A stretch of 64,000 bases of DNA from Candidatus Nanopelagicales bacterium (GCA_037045355.1 JBAOHO010000008.1:105331-169330); one strand, 5' to 3'. Shown: positions 48,739-58,012, counted from the first letter of the stretch. Notes: generated from the sequence alone by a model not told the origin. Program-made: numbers and translations.

Positions 48739-49488
48739 TCATCGGATTCCACTTCGGCCGTGACTGTCGGAGGTCGTGCTCGTCACCAGTCGACGGGCCC
48801 ACTGGACGTCGGGCCCGAGGCGATCCAGGTGGGTCACCAGATCCCGCGCGGCGGCGTGCAATTGATCGTCGGTCACAGGGTCGAGTGCGTCGAGGATGAA
48901 CAAGCCCGCGGTGGTGTGATCACTCAGTTGAGTACGACGCGCCTGGCGCCAGTTCCAACGCCGACACGTCACTCCCTGGTCGTCACACCACACCACCTCG
49001 CCCGGATCTGGGTGCTCGATCACCTTCTCGCCGGAGGCGACGGTGTCGAAGGGCTCCTGACCGGTCGCTCGGCGCAACTGAGGGGCGCCGACATAGCGGT
49101 CGAGGTCCTCGCCCCCCAACGGGATCTGGTGGATCACGGAGATGGCGTTGTAGATGTCGGTCAGCCGGTTGATGCGAGGCAGCCCGGAGTCCACGCGCCG
49201 CAGCAGTGCCTCAAGACTGTTGCGCGTGCGCTGCGGTTTTGACCCGAATCCGCGGTACGCGTCGCGCCAGGCCGCCACGTGGGGGAGTTGGTCCGCGGGC
49301 ATCAGACGAAGGGCGTCCTGCCCGGTTTTCTCCGCGGTCTCGAGGAGGGCGTCGCTTGCTGGGTCCGACGCTCCCGGGGTCAGTCCGCTCACCGCCACGA
49401 GCATGGCGCGGTAATCGGGGCGCAGGTCGAACACAGCCGCGTCGACCGTACCGCCGGCGAGGAAATCGTCAAGGGCGCTGTCAGCCAT
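48739..49488 (-). CDS. stand-alone B3/B4 tRNA-binding-domain protein (PheT B3_4-like)
   Basis: Contains WRDAYRGFGSKPQRTRNSLEALLRR...RINRLTDIYNAISV...PLGGEDLD...CRRWNWRQARRT, the characteristic B3/4 domain pattern. Confidence 0.7.
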   Translation of the reverse strand: MADSALDDFLAGGTVDAAVFDLRPDYRAMLVAVSGLTPGASDPASDALLETAEKTGQDALRLMPADQLPHVAAWRDAYRGFGSKPQRTRNSLEALLRRVDSGLPRINRLTDIYNAISVIHQIPLGGEDLDRYVGAPQLRRATGQEPFDTVASGEKVIEHPDPGEVVWCDDQGVTCRRWNWRQARRTQLSDHTTAGLFILDALDPVTDDQLHAAARDLVTHLDRLGPDVQWARRLVTSTTSDSHGRSGIR

Positions 49489-50143
49489 GGCCTACCTCCG
49501 GTGATGTCGGTTCGACTCTTGGTAGGTCGACGCTGGTGGCTTCTCTGAGCGCTTTGGTCGGCTCGGATACAGCCAGCGAGAACCGTGTCGGTTGCCCAGA
49601 CGGACGGGAGTCGGGGGCGGCGGGATTCGAGTAGGAATGTGCCACGTCCCCGGGGAAGGCGGCGGCGTCCCCCGGACCAAGGGTGAACGCCTGCGCGCCG
49701 ACCCCGAGCGTGAGCGTGCCGACGTGGACGTGCAGGAGTTCGCGGGTGCCCGGTGCGTGGGCCTCGCTGGTGTGGCGGTCTCCGGGACCCAATGTCCAGT
49801 CCCACATCTCCAGCACGTCCGGTCGCACGGTGCCGGCGACCATCACGGCGGCCCCGCCGCAATCTCCGGTCCACAGGACGGGCCCGGTGCCCCTGCGGGT
49901 GACGGCCACCGGCGAGGGCTGCGGGGGTTCCACCAGGTCGGGCAGCCCGACGCCCAGTGCCTCACTGAGGCGGAGCAGGATCGCGACACTCGGGTTCGCG
50001 CTGCCACGCTCCACGTTGACGACCGTTCTGCGGCTCACGTCCGCGGCCACGGCCAGTGTGTCCAGGGTCCAACCGCGGGACTGACGTTCCTGCTTGACGC
50101 GGGCACCTATCGCGCCGGCAAGCGCGGCGGTCGCGGAATCCAT
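49481..50143 (-). CDS. XRE-family HTH regulator with C-terminal cupin domain
   Basis: Contains RVKQERQSRGWTLDTLAVAADVSRRTVVNVERGSANPSVAILLRLSEAL (HTH) and a cupin-like PGTRELLHVHVGTLTL...GDAAAFPGDVAHSY. An alternative ATG lies at 50161. Confidence 0.8.
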   Translation of the reverse strand: MDSATAALAGAIGARVKQERQSRGWTLDTLAVAADVSRRTVVNVERGSANPSVAILLRLSEALGVGLPDLVEPPQPSPVAVTRRGTGPVLWTGDCGGAAVMVAGTVRPDVLEMWDWTLGPGDRHTSEAHAPGTRELLHVHVGTLTLGVGAQAFTLGPGDAAAFPGDVAHSYSNPAAPDSRPSGQPTRFSLAVSEPTKALREATSVDLPRVEPTSPEVGHG

Positions 50144-50153
50144 TAGTGCAGCA

Positions 50154-50163
50154 TAATGCATTA
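50154..50163. promoter_or_regulatory. perfect 10-bp palindrome TAATGCATTA in the divergent regulator / lipid-kinase control region
   Basis: Seen directly in the sequence. It is flanked by the direct repeat cattagtgca / cattagtagtgca in a locally AT-rich stretch. Confidence 0.35.
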
Positions 50164-50200
50164 GTAGTGCAACAGGCTCGACAACGTCGAATGACCCGCA

Positions 50201-51574
50201 ATGGCCCGACAATGGATCGTGATCACTCACCCACTGCGCCGACGGCTGGCGGCCTGTGCTGCCTTGCTGGTGGGTGGCCTGGCGACTCTGCTGCTGCTCA
50301 CGACGGTGCTCGCCAATCCGATCGCCAGTCTGTTGTCGGTGATCGGCTTCGTGGTGGCGGTGGTCTCGGGTTGGGTCGCACTGACCAACCGGGGCGTCAA
50401 GCGCAACCGGGCATTGGCCGCTGCGATCGCCGGATGCCTCCTGCTGGTCGCCGCCGTCATCGGTGACGACGAGCATCGGTTCTACCTGACGCTCGCCCTC
50501 GTCGGACTGTTGGCCGCCACAAGCTCGGGTCGCGTGGCGCTCGGCCATCCGCCGCGTCGCCCGGACAGCGACGTACCGGTGGGCCGTTCCCGGCATCCCG
50601 CTCTGGTGGTCAATCCCAAGTCGGGCGATGGACGCGCAGCGCAACTCGGACTGGTCGAGCGTGCCCGGGAACTCGGAATCCACGTCTTCGTCTGGGACGG
50701 CTCCGATACCCCCCTGCAGCTGGCTCGGCGAGCGGTCGCCGAGGGCGCCGATGCGTTGGGCATGGCAGGTGGTGACGGGTCACTTGCCCCGGTGGCGCGA
50801 TTGGCCGCAGACCACGGTATCGACTTCGTCTGCATCCCGGCCGGCACCCGGAATCACTTCGCGCTCGACCTCGGACTGGACCGCTCGGATCCGCTGGCGG
50901 CCCTGACCGCCTTCGGTCCGGCCTTCCGGCGCCGGATCGATCTGGCCTGGGTCAACGATCGTCCGTTCGTGAACAACGTCTCATTGGGGCTGTACGGCGA
51001 GATCGTGCAGGACGAGGCCTACCGCGAGGACAAGTTGGGCACGGCGCTCGCGCGACTGCCCGACGTGATCAACGAGAACCCCCAGGACCTCGACCTGCGC
51101 TACACCGATGCCGACGGCGTTGCGCGCGACGACGCCCAAGTTGTGCTCGTGTCCAACAATCCGTACACCTTCACAGTGGGGGGGTCGGTCGGTCGCCGCG
51201 AACTCGATGCCGGCGAACTCGGCATCGTGTGCCTGCGCGTGGACGGCGGAGTCCGGGCGGCGGAGGTCGTGACGGCTGTGCTCGGATCCGGCAACTCCGA
51301 CTCGATGCGGTCCTGGACCAGTCGCGCATTCGAGGTACGTTCCGGAGGTCCGGTCGCGGCCGGGCTCGACGGTGAGGCGCTCACGTTGGAACCGCCCCTG
51401 AGGTTCAGCAGTGCCCCGGCATCGGTGGGCGTGCGGATTCCGCCCTCGGCGCCCGGCCAATCCCCGGCGGCTCGGCGTTCGAGCTATGAGTTCGCGATCG
51501 CCGAGTTGCTGCGTCGGGCAGTACTTCCCTCACGTCGCTGGACATCGCCGGAAGAGTTCCCGGTGGCGGGGTGA
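50201..51574 (+). CDS. diacylglycerol-kinase-family lipid kinase with N-terminal membrane anchor
   Basis: Three N-terminal TM helices, then PALVVNPKSGDG and GMAGGDGSL (the DAGK catalytic-domain GGDG motif). Confidence 0.75.
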   Translation: MARQWIVITHPLRRRLAACAALLVGGLATLLLLTTVLANPIASLLSVIGFVVAVVSGWVALTNRGVKRNRALAAAIAGCLLLVAAVIGDDEHRFYLTLALVGLLAATSSGRVALGHPPRRPDSDVPVGRSRHPALVVNPKSGDGRAAQLGLVERARELGIHVFVWDGSDTPLQLARRAVAEGADALGMAGGDGSLAPVARLAADHGIDFVCIPAGTRNHFALDLGLDRSDPLAALTAFGPAFRRRIDLAWVNDRPFVNNVSLGLYGEIVQDEAYREDKLGTALARLPDVINENPQDLDLRYTDADGVARDDAQVVLVSNNPYTFTVGGSVGRRELDAGELGIVCLRVDGGVRAAEVVTAVLGSGNSDSMRSWTSRAFEVRSGGPVAAGLDGEALTLEPPLRFSSAPASVGVRIPPSAPGQSPAARRSSYEFAIAELLRRAVLPSRRWTSPEEFPVAG

Positions 51575-51592
51575 CAGGCCCCAGGTCCTCAC

Positions 51593-51621
51593 TTGCCCCC
51601 ACCATAAGACTGCTCTACTAT
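51593..51621 (+). promoter_or_regulatory. sigma70-like promoter candidate for the riboswitch-TerC transcript
   Basis: TTGCCC (51593-51598), a 17-nt spacer, then TACTAT (51616-51621), at the edge of an AT-rich island. Confidence 0.45.
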
Positions 51622-51651
51622 TCCTGAAAAATAATACAGATAAAGCAGATT

Positions 51652-51750
51652 CAGCAAAGGGGAGTACCTCTCGCCTGGAGCCGACAACCCGGGGACCCAC
51701 GTCCCCCGGCCACAGGGAACGGCGTGTGCCGTTCGGGGAGACCTTCGCGA
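51652..51750 (+). ncRNA. yybP-ykoY (Mn2+) riboswitch candidate
   Basis: CAAAGGGGAGUAC at the 5' side and GGGGAGACCUU at the 3' side match the two conserved halves of the motif. Two internal hairpins are present: CCGGGGAC/GUCCCCCGG and GAACGGC/GCCGUUC. It lies upstream of a TerC-family gene, the classic genomic context. Confidence 0.6.
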
Positions 51751-51847
51751 CGACGGAGTGGAAGTACCGCGCCGCGTCTGATGAAGCCGTCCGTGGCAGG
51801 TCCCGGCGGAAGGCTTCTGGAAGGTCTCGAAGGAAGGAATCCCCGCA

Positions 51848-52858
51848 ATGTTTGATGTTCCCCTGTGGGCTTGGGCCGGCGTCCTGGCGCTGATCCTCGT
51901 CATGCTCGCCATCGATCTGTTTGCCCACCGCCGCGCGCACGTCATCGGAGTCAGGGAGGCGCTCGGCTGGTCGATCTTCTGGGTCGCGCTGGGAGTCGGC
52001 TTCGGGATCCTGATCTGGTCCGTCTACGGTGCCGAGTTCGGTGCTCAGTACTTCGCGGGCTACGTCATCGAGAAGTCGTTGGCCGTCGACAACGTCTTCG
52101 TCTGGGCCATCATCTTCGGCTACTTCGCCGTGCCACGCGAATACCAGCATCGAGTCCTGTTCTACGGCGTCATCGGGGCCCTGATATTCCGGGGTGCCTT
52201 CATCGCGGCCGGCTCGGTCCTGATCGCCAGTTTCTCCTTCGTCCTGTACCTCTTCGGCGTCTTCTTGGTGTTCACCGGAATCCAGATGCTGCGGCACCGC
52301 AACGAGCACATCGACGTCGCCAACAGTCGAGTGCTGCGGTGGTTCCGGCGGGCCGTCCCTCACACCGACGAGTACCACGGGCAGCGGTTCTGGGTGAAGA
52401 AGGCCGGGGTCTGGGTCGCGACCCCACTGCTGTCGGTCCTCGTTCTGATCGAGATCACCGACATCATCTTCGCGGTCGACTCGATTCCCGCGATCTTCGC
52501 TGTCACGCAGGAACCGTTCCTCGTGTTCACTGCGAACGCCTTCGCGATCCTGGGTCTGCGCGCGATGTACTTCCTGCTCGCTGACCTGATCGACCGGTTC
52601 ACCTACCTGAAGACAGGCTTGGCGTTCGTTCTGATCTGGGTGGGAGTCAAGATGCTGCTGCTCATGGTGGGCGTCAAAGTGCCGACCTTGCTGAGTCTGG
52701 GCATCGTGATCGCCATCATCACGACGAGCATCGTCATCAGCCTGAGGTCGACCCGGGGGAGGAAGCGCCCGCTCGGCGCCGACGCGGAGGATGCCGAATC
52801 CCAGCAAACCGCGAGTCCACGCGTCGAGATTCCCATCGACCAGCAACAACGGCCGTAA
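51848..52858 (+). CDS. TerC-family integral membrane protein (Alx/YkoY-like)
   Basis: 336 aa with EKSLAVDNVFV and TDIIFAVDSIPAIFAVT motifs and about 9 TM helices. Confidence 0.88.
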   Translation: MFDVPLWAWAGVLALILVMLAIDLFAHRRAHVIGVREALGWSIFWVALGVGFGILIWSVYGAEFGAQYFAGYVIEKSLAVDNVFVWAIIFGYFAVPREYQHRVLFYGVIGALIFRGAFIAAGSVLIASFSFVLYLFGVFLVFTGIQMLRHRNEHIDVANSRVLRWFRRAVPHTDEYHGQRFWVKKAGVWVATPLLSVLVLIEITDIIFAVDSIPAIFAVTQEPFLVFTANAFAILGLRAMYFLLADLIDRFTYLKTGLAFVLIWVGVKMLLLMVGVKVPTLLSLGIVIAIITTSIVISLRSTRGRKRPLGADAEDAESQQTASPRVEIPIDQQQRP

Positions 52859-52952
52859 CCCGGCGTCGGTGGATTCGGGATGAGCTCGGATCCACCGACG
52901 AGGGGACGCCCCGGTCCAACGGCGCGCGTGCGTCGGCGACCACTACCGTGAG

Positions 52953-54650
52953 ATGACCACGGAGGTGGAAATGAGCGCTGACCCGCAGCCGCAGTTGACC
53001 GGTCGCAAGAAGTGGGTGGCACTGGTCTTCCTGTCGCTCGGCGTGGCGATGATCATCCTGGACGCGACGGTGGTCAACGTCGCGATCCCGACCATGGTCA
53101 AGGACCTCGGCCTGTCCACCACGGATGCCGAGTGGGTCAACGCGATCTATGCGCTGACATTCGCCTCACTGCTTCTGCTGTCCGGGCGGTTGGCCGACAT
53201 CGTCGGACGGCGGCTGATGTTCGTCTCCGGTGTGGTCGTGTTCGCCGTCTCGAGTGGTCTGGTCGCGATGTCGGACGGCGCTGTGGAACTCATCGGCGCA
53301 CGGGCGTTGCAGGGGATCGGTGCGGCCATGATCCTGCCGGCGTCCTTGTCGGTCCTCAATGCCGTGTACCGCGGTCGTGATCGTGCGGTCGCCTTCGCCG
53401 TGTGGGGCGCCACGATCGGTGGCATGGCCGCCTTGGGGCCGCTCGTCGGTGGCTGGCTGACCACATACGCGTCCTGGCACTGGGCGTTCCTGATCAACAT
53501 CCCCATCGCGGTCATTGTCGTGATCGGGGTTCTGGCGCTCGTCCCCGAGACCCGCGACCTGGTGGATCGATCCGGCGCCGACCTTCCGGGGACGATCCTG
53601 GGCACGCTGGGCCTGGCGTTCTTCGTCTTCGGGCTCATCGAGGGACAGACCTACGGATGGCTGGCTGCCAAGAAGCCGTTCCAGATCGGTGGCTGGCAGT
53701 GGCCTTTGGACAACGTGTCGCCGGCGGCCGTGGGACTGTTCGGTGGAGTGCTCCTCGTGCTGGTGTTTCTCTGGGTCGAGAAGAGCCGTGCTGCCGCCAA
53801 CCGCACTGTCCTGGTGGATTTGAGACTCTTCCGGATCCGCACGTTCGGTGTCGGCAACCTGGTGGCGGCCCTGGTGAGTCTGGGGGAGTTCGGACTGCTG
53901 TTCACGCTCCCCCTGTTCCTGCAGTCGGTCATCGGATACGACGCATTGCAGACCGGGGTCATCTTGTTGGCGTTGGCCGTCGGATCCTTCGTGGCCAGCG
54001 GTGTCGGAGCGCCCCTCGCCCAGCGCATCGGGCCGGTTCGGGTCCTACGCACCGGGATGGCCTTGGAGGTGATCGGCGTACTGCTGATCACGGTGGTCAT
54101 CTCGACGACTGTGACGGGGTGGGCGATGGTTCCGGGGTTGTTCATCTACGGATTGGGTGTCGGATTCGCCACGGCGCAGCTCACCGGAGTGATCTTGTCC
54201 GAGGTCCCCGTGGCCGAGTCAGGTCAGGCGTCGGCGGTTCAGTCGACCTCCCGCCAAGTGGGAGCGGCCATCGGTACCGCCCTCTTGGGCGCGACTCTCG
54301 TGGCAGGACTGAGTTCGGTCGCAGGGGAACTCACCGACCGGGGTGTGCCGCAGCCGGTCGCCGATCAGGTCACCAGCGCGGTCCAGGGAAGCGCCGGCAC
54401 TGCAGTGGCGGCACTGCCCGCTCAGCCCGGTGGCGATGTGCTGTTCGCAGGGGCATCGCAGGGTTTCGCATCCGCCACCGAGGACGTCGGCTATGTCGCC
54501 GCCGCGTTGATCGCCCTGGGTCTGATGGCAGCCTTCCTCCTCCCTGCCGATGCTGCTCGGACCGAGGCTGCCGGGTACGTGTCCGCCAAGGAGGAAGAGT
54601 CGGCCGCTGAGGAGGATTCGGCCGATGGAGAAGAGTCCGCAGCCGAGTAA
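52953..54650 (+). CDS. MFS transporter, DHA2 (14-TMS) type
   Basis: Contains LGVAMIILDATVVNVAIPTM, LSGRLADIVGRR, and about 14 TM helices, plus an acidic EE/SA-rich C-terminal tail. An alternative ATG lies at 52971. Confidence 0.8.
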   Translation: MTTEVEMSADPQPQLTGRKKWVALVFLSLGVAMIILDATVVNVAIPTMVKDLGLSTTDAEWVNAIYALTFASLLLLSGRLADIVGRRLMFVSGVVVFAVSSGLVAMSDGAVELIGARALQGIGAAMILPASLSVLNAVYRGRDRAVAFAVWGATIGGMAALGPLVGGWLTTYASWHWAFLINIPIAVIVVIGVLALVPETRDLVDRSGADLPGTILGTLGLAFFVFGLIEGQTYGWLAAKKPFQIGGWQWPLDNVSPAAVGLFGGVLLVLVFLWVEKSRAAANRTVLVDLRLFRIRTFGVGNLVAALVSLGEFGLLFTLPLFLQSVIGYDALQTGVILLALAVGSFVASGVGAPLAQRIGPVRVLRTGMALEVIGVLLITVVISTTVTGWAMVPGLFIYGLGVGFATAQLTGVILSEVPVAESGQASAVQSTSRQVGAAIGTALLGATLVAGLSSVAGELTDRGVPQPVADQVTSAVQGSAGTAVAALPAQPGGDVLFAGASQGFASATEDVGYVAAALIALGLMAAFLLPADAARTEAAGYVSAKEEESAAEEDSADGEESAAE

Positions 54651-54670
54651 GAGGCGGCCGTGCCCCCGGC

Positions 54671-54958
54671 TCAGCCCAGTGAGTCGGTGTCGACCACTGC
54701 CCGGGTCGCAACCCGGTCACTCATCCAGGACACGATGTCTTGATGAACGGGATCCGCCGCGTACGTGGTGAGGGCGTCCGGGGAGTCGTGCTCGCTGATC
54801 AGGACGAGTTCGAACGCATTCGCCGATTCGTTGCGGTTGCGCCCTACCTTGATCGAGTTGGCGCCGGCGACCTTGCCGACCATGCCACGCAACTTCGACA
54901 CCGCCTCGTCGACGTCTGCCGGATCGTGGAAACGCCACATGACGATGTGAGTCAGCAT
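54671..54958 (-). CDS. Dabb-family stress-responsive A/B-barrel protein
   Basis: Contains MLTHIVMWRF...VGRN...FELVLISEHDSPDALTTYAADPVH. Confidence 0.75.
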   Translation of the reverse strand: MLTHIVMWRFHDPADVDEAVSKLRGMVGKVAGANSIKVGRNRNESANAFELVLISEHDSPDALTTYAADPVHQDIVSWMSDRVATRAVVDTDSLG

Positions 54959-54984
54959 TGGCAAACCCTATCGATGTCGGCGCC

Positions 54985-56133
54985 CTACGCGCCGTCGTTG
55001 TCGAGCGCCCTGCCGTTGTCGAGCGCCCTGCCGCTGTCGGCTGCTCCTCGGTTGTCGAGCGCCCTCCCGTTGTCGAGCGCATAGTCGTTGACGCGATCGA
55101 TCAACTGGCGCAGACGCCCGAAGGAGGCGCGTGTGTGGGTGAATACAAGACGCGGTAGGTCGAGGTACTCGCCCTCGATGTCGTCCGCCGGTCGCTGATA
55201 CATCTCACCGGCCTCGACGAGGTCGGCGAACTCGCGATTGAGGTGGCGCAGTTGCCGAGTGGTGAGCGGGGAGCGTAGGCGCAGGACGAGTTCGCGCCCC
55301 ACATATCGCGACGAGTGGTAGTTGCTGAAGAAGCGGGTGATGTGGTCGACAGCATCCTGGGCGTCGATGGCGAGGTAATACAGCGACGTGTCGGCCGGGC
55401 TGAGGAAACCACCGCCGAGGAGTTCCTCTCGCACGTAGCGATCCCACCGCTCCCAGTAGTTCGAGTCAGGTCCCTCGATGAGGACCACCGGAACCACGGC
55501 GGACTTACCTGTCTGAATCAGGGTGAGTGCCTCGAGGAGTTCATCCTGGGTCCCGAACCCGCCCGGGAAGGCAGTGATCGCCTGGCTTTGGCTGAGGAAC
55601 ATGAGTTTGCGTGTGAAGAAGTAGCGGAAGTTGATCAGCTTGTGATCGCCGGAGATCACCGAGTTGGCCGTCGTCTCGAACGGCAGTCGAATGGACAATC
55701 CGAACGAGTTCTGCGGACCCGGGCCCTCATGACCGGCCTTCATGATGCCCTCACCGGCTCCCGTGATCACGAGCCAGCCCTGTTCGGCCATCATGCGAGA
55801 GAAACTCACGGCGGTCTGGTAATCCGGATGATCCGCCGGTGTCCGCGCGGATCCGAAGATGCTGACTCTCGGGGCGCCGTTGTAGCCCCCGAACACCCGG
55901 TAGGCGTGCCGCATCTCCTTGAAGGAGTTCGTGAGCAGTTTCAGTTCTCCGGTGTGGCGGCGATCGGTGATCAGTTTGAGCGAGGTGGCGAGCAGATCCC
56001 GCACCAGGCGACCGTCGCGCGAGGTGCTGTCACCGCCGCACTCCTCGATCAGTCCGTTCAGCTGCCTGACGAGATCGGGATCATCCACTCGCCGGCGAGT
56101 GAGGGTGTCGATCGCTGCTGACATGTTGGTCAT
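54985..56133 (-). CDS. LOG-family (TIGR00730) nucleotide nucleosidase-like protein, long PpnN-like form
   Basis: Contains SIFGSARTP, VITGAGEGIMKAGHEG, and PGGFGTQDELLEAL. It has extra N- and C-terminal regions, and the C-terminal tail consists of GRALDN repeats. Confidence 0.75.
   Translation of the reverse strand: MTNMSAAIDTLTRRRVDDPDLVRQLNGLIEECGGDSTSRDGRLVRDLLATSLKLITDRRHTGELKLLTNSFKEMRHAYRVFGGYNGAPRVSIFGSARTPADHPDYQTAVSFSRMMAEQGWLVITGAGEGIMKAGHEGPGPQNSFGLSIRLPFETTANSVISGDHKLINFRYFFTRKLMFLSQSQAITAFPGGFGTQDELLEALTLIQTGKSAVVPVVLIEGPDSNYWERWDRYVREELLGGGFLSPADTSLYYLAIDAQDAVDHITRFFSNYHSSRYVGRELVLRLRSPLTTRQLRHLNREFADLVEAGEMYQRPADDIEGEYLDLPRLVFTHTRASFGRLRQLIDRVNDYALDNGRALDNRGAADSGRALDNGRALDNDGA
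54997..55080. repeat. in-frame tandem repeat, about 4.7 x 18 nt, encoding (GRALDN)n at the extreme C-terminus of the LOG-family gene
   Basis: gttgtcgagcgccctgcc twice, a degenerate unit, gttgtcgagcgccctccc, then partial gttgtcgagcgc (plus-strand reading). Confidence 0.85.
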
Positions 56134-56173
56134 GACGCCAGACTTGCCCGATCAGTGATCGGGAAGCTGAGCG

Positions 56174-56758
56174 TCAGGTGGAGCGTTGCGCACGAATGGA
56201 TGAATAGTCGACGGTCGCGTCAGGGGGAATTGCCGGTGGGACGCGGCGCATCGTCAGTTGGGCCATCAGCAGATCCAACTCCTGCGAGATCGTGTTCAAC
56301 CGGCCCATGAGTTTGGCCGTGTTGGGGGGCATTCCGTGCTCCCGGCGGTTCTTGGTGCTGCGCTGGCGCGGCAGGCTCAGCACCACGCTGTCCGCCAACC
56401 CCGCGATGTCCCGGGCGCGGTCATGGCACTCGACCTCCAACGGTCGAGGGCTGCCCTGAGCCGCGATCCGGGCGATGGCCACCATCTGGGATCCGATGAG
56501 ACCGGTGGCCTGAACGACGCGGATCGCCGGCGAGCGGTGCGGGCCGGAGATCTCGGTGGTCCGATCGAGGAACACCAGCCGGGCGCGATCGAGGTCCTGG
56601 GCGGATTTGCTGATGCGCAGGAACTGCATCTGGCGCGCGGCCGGCCCGACTGTCACCAAGGTGTAGAGCGCTGTTGCCGTGGGCGGGAGATGCTTCAGCA
56701 CAGATCGCAAGGTCAGGCCGTCGGATCGGGGGGTGACCGCGGCTCCGTTCTCAGGCAC
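56174..56758 (-). CDS. hypothetical protein
   Basis: 194-aa ORF with coding-like composition. No motif recognised. It is divergent from pstS. Confidence 0.45.
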   Translation of the reverse strand: MPENGAAVTPRSDGLTLRSVLKHLPPTATALYTLVTVGPAARQMQFLRISKSAQDLDRARLVFLDRTTEISGPHRSPAIRVVQATGLIGSQMVAIARIAAQGSPRPLEVECHDRARDIAGLADSVVLSLPRQRSTKNRREHGMPPNTAKLMGRLNTISQELDLLMAQLTMRRVPPAIPPDATVDYSSIRAQRST

Positions 56759-56883
56759 GATGGAGAACCTAAGGAGAGCGGGGGAACGGCGCTGAGCGCC
56801 GGGACGAACGGTCGGTGAACATCCGATGGCGGTTGCCTCGGGCCGGTGGTGACGATGACGGGGACCACACCTCCACGGCCAAT

Positions 56884-56938
56884 GGTCACGTTCAGGTCAC
56901 CCCGCGTTCATCTGTGAGCGAACCTCCGGTCATCTGGC
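56884..56938 (+). promoter_or_regulatory. PHO-box array: five phased 11-nt direct repeat units upstream of pstS
   Basis: Units are GGTCACGTTCA, GGTCACCCCGC, GTTCATCTGTG, AGCGAACCTCC, GGTCATCTGGC, in exact 11-nt register. Four of the five begin G(G/T)TCA(C/T), like actinobacterial PhoP direct-repeat units. The array lies 83-137 nt upstream of the pstS start. Confidence 0.6.
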
Positions 56939-57020
56939 TGCCCTAGCGTCCGGATCGCATCGCCCCATACGGGGGCTTCGCAATGCCCCGAGTCCGGGGC
57001 ACTGACATTTTGGAGGCAGG

Positions 57021-58004
57021 GTGCGCATCACCCGTAAGAAGTGGGGGCTCGCCGCCGTCGTCGCCGGGGGATCCCTGGTCCTGGCGGCCTGTGGCGGTCA
57101 GCAGTCCGGCAGCGGCTCGGGAAGTTCGGCTTCGGGGGCGGTGGCCGTTGACGGGTCATCGACCGTCGCACCCCTGACGTCCGTTGCTGCAGAGTTGTTC
57201 CAGGCCCAGAACTCCGGCGTGAACGTCACCGTGGGAACCTCGGGAACGGGCGGCGGATTCGAGAAGTTCTGCCGCGGCGAGACCGACATGAACGACGCGT
57301 CTCGACCCATCGAGGACGACGAGAAGGCCAACTGCGAGACGGCCGGCGTCAAGTACGCGTCGCTGACCGTTGCCAACGACGCCCTGACCGTGGTGGTGAA
57401 CAAGGAGAACACTTTCGCCAAGTGCCTGACCACGGAGCAGTTGAAGAAGATCTGGGAGCCCAAGTCGCAGGTCACCAACTGGAACCAGGTCGACCCGTCA
57501 TTCCCCGACGAGAAACTTGCGTTGTTCGGGCCCGGAACCGATTCCGGGACCTTCGACTACTTCACCGAGGCCATCAACGGCGAAGAGGGTGCCAGTCGCA
57601 CCGACTACACACCCAGCGAGGACGACAACGTCGTCGTGCAGGGCGTGTCGGGCTCCAAGGGCGGCATGGGCTACTTCGGGTACACGTACTTCGAAGAGAA
57701 CGCCGACAAAGTGAACGCGGTGCAGATCGACAGTGGTGATGGCTGCGTGTCTCCGTCACCTGAGACTGCCCAGGACGGCACCTACACGCCGCTGGCCCGG
57801 CCGCTGTTCATCTACCCGTCGATCACGAAGCTGGGATCCAACCCGGCGTTCGCTTCGTTCCTGACGTACTACGTCCAGAACGACTCAACGATCGCGGAAC
57901 AGGCCCAGTTCATCCCGCTCAACGACAAGCAGAAGAGCGAACTGGACGCAGCGCTGGACAAGGCGTTCACCGAGGCGGGCCTTCCGGCTCCGGCGGCGAG
58001 CTGA
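57021..58004 (+). CDS. pstS: phosphate ABC transporter substrate-binding lipoprotein
   Basis: GTG start, lipobox LVLAAC, and [20 protein letters not shown] and GYFGYTY motifs. Confidence 0.9.
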   Translation: MRITRKKWGLAAVVAGGSLVLAACGGQQSGSGSGSSASGAVAVDGSSTVAPLTSVAAELFQAQNSGVNVTVGTSGTGGGFEKFCRGETDMNDASRPIEDDEKANCETAGVKYASLTVANDALTVVVNKENTFAKCLTTEQLKKIWEPKSQVTNWNQVDPSFPDEKLALFGPGTDSGTFDYFTEAINGEEGASRTDYTPSEDDNVVVQGVSGSKGGMGYFGYTYFEENADKVNAVQIDSGDGCVSPSPETAQDGTYTPLARPLFIYPSITKLGSNPAFASFLTYYVQNDSTIAEQAQFIPLNDKQKSELDAALDKAFTEAGLPAPAAS

Positions 58005-58012
58005 CCCAGACG

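Noticed and set aside
51530-52849. 439-aa ORF antisense to terC
   Set aside because: It is acidic/Arg-rich and an off-strand shadow. The sense strand carries canonical TerC motifs and a riboswitch-like leader.
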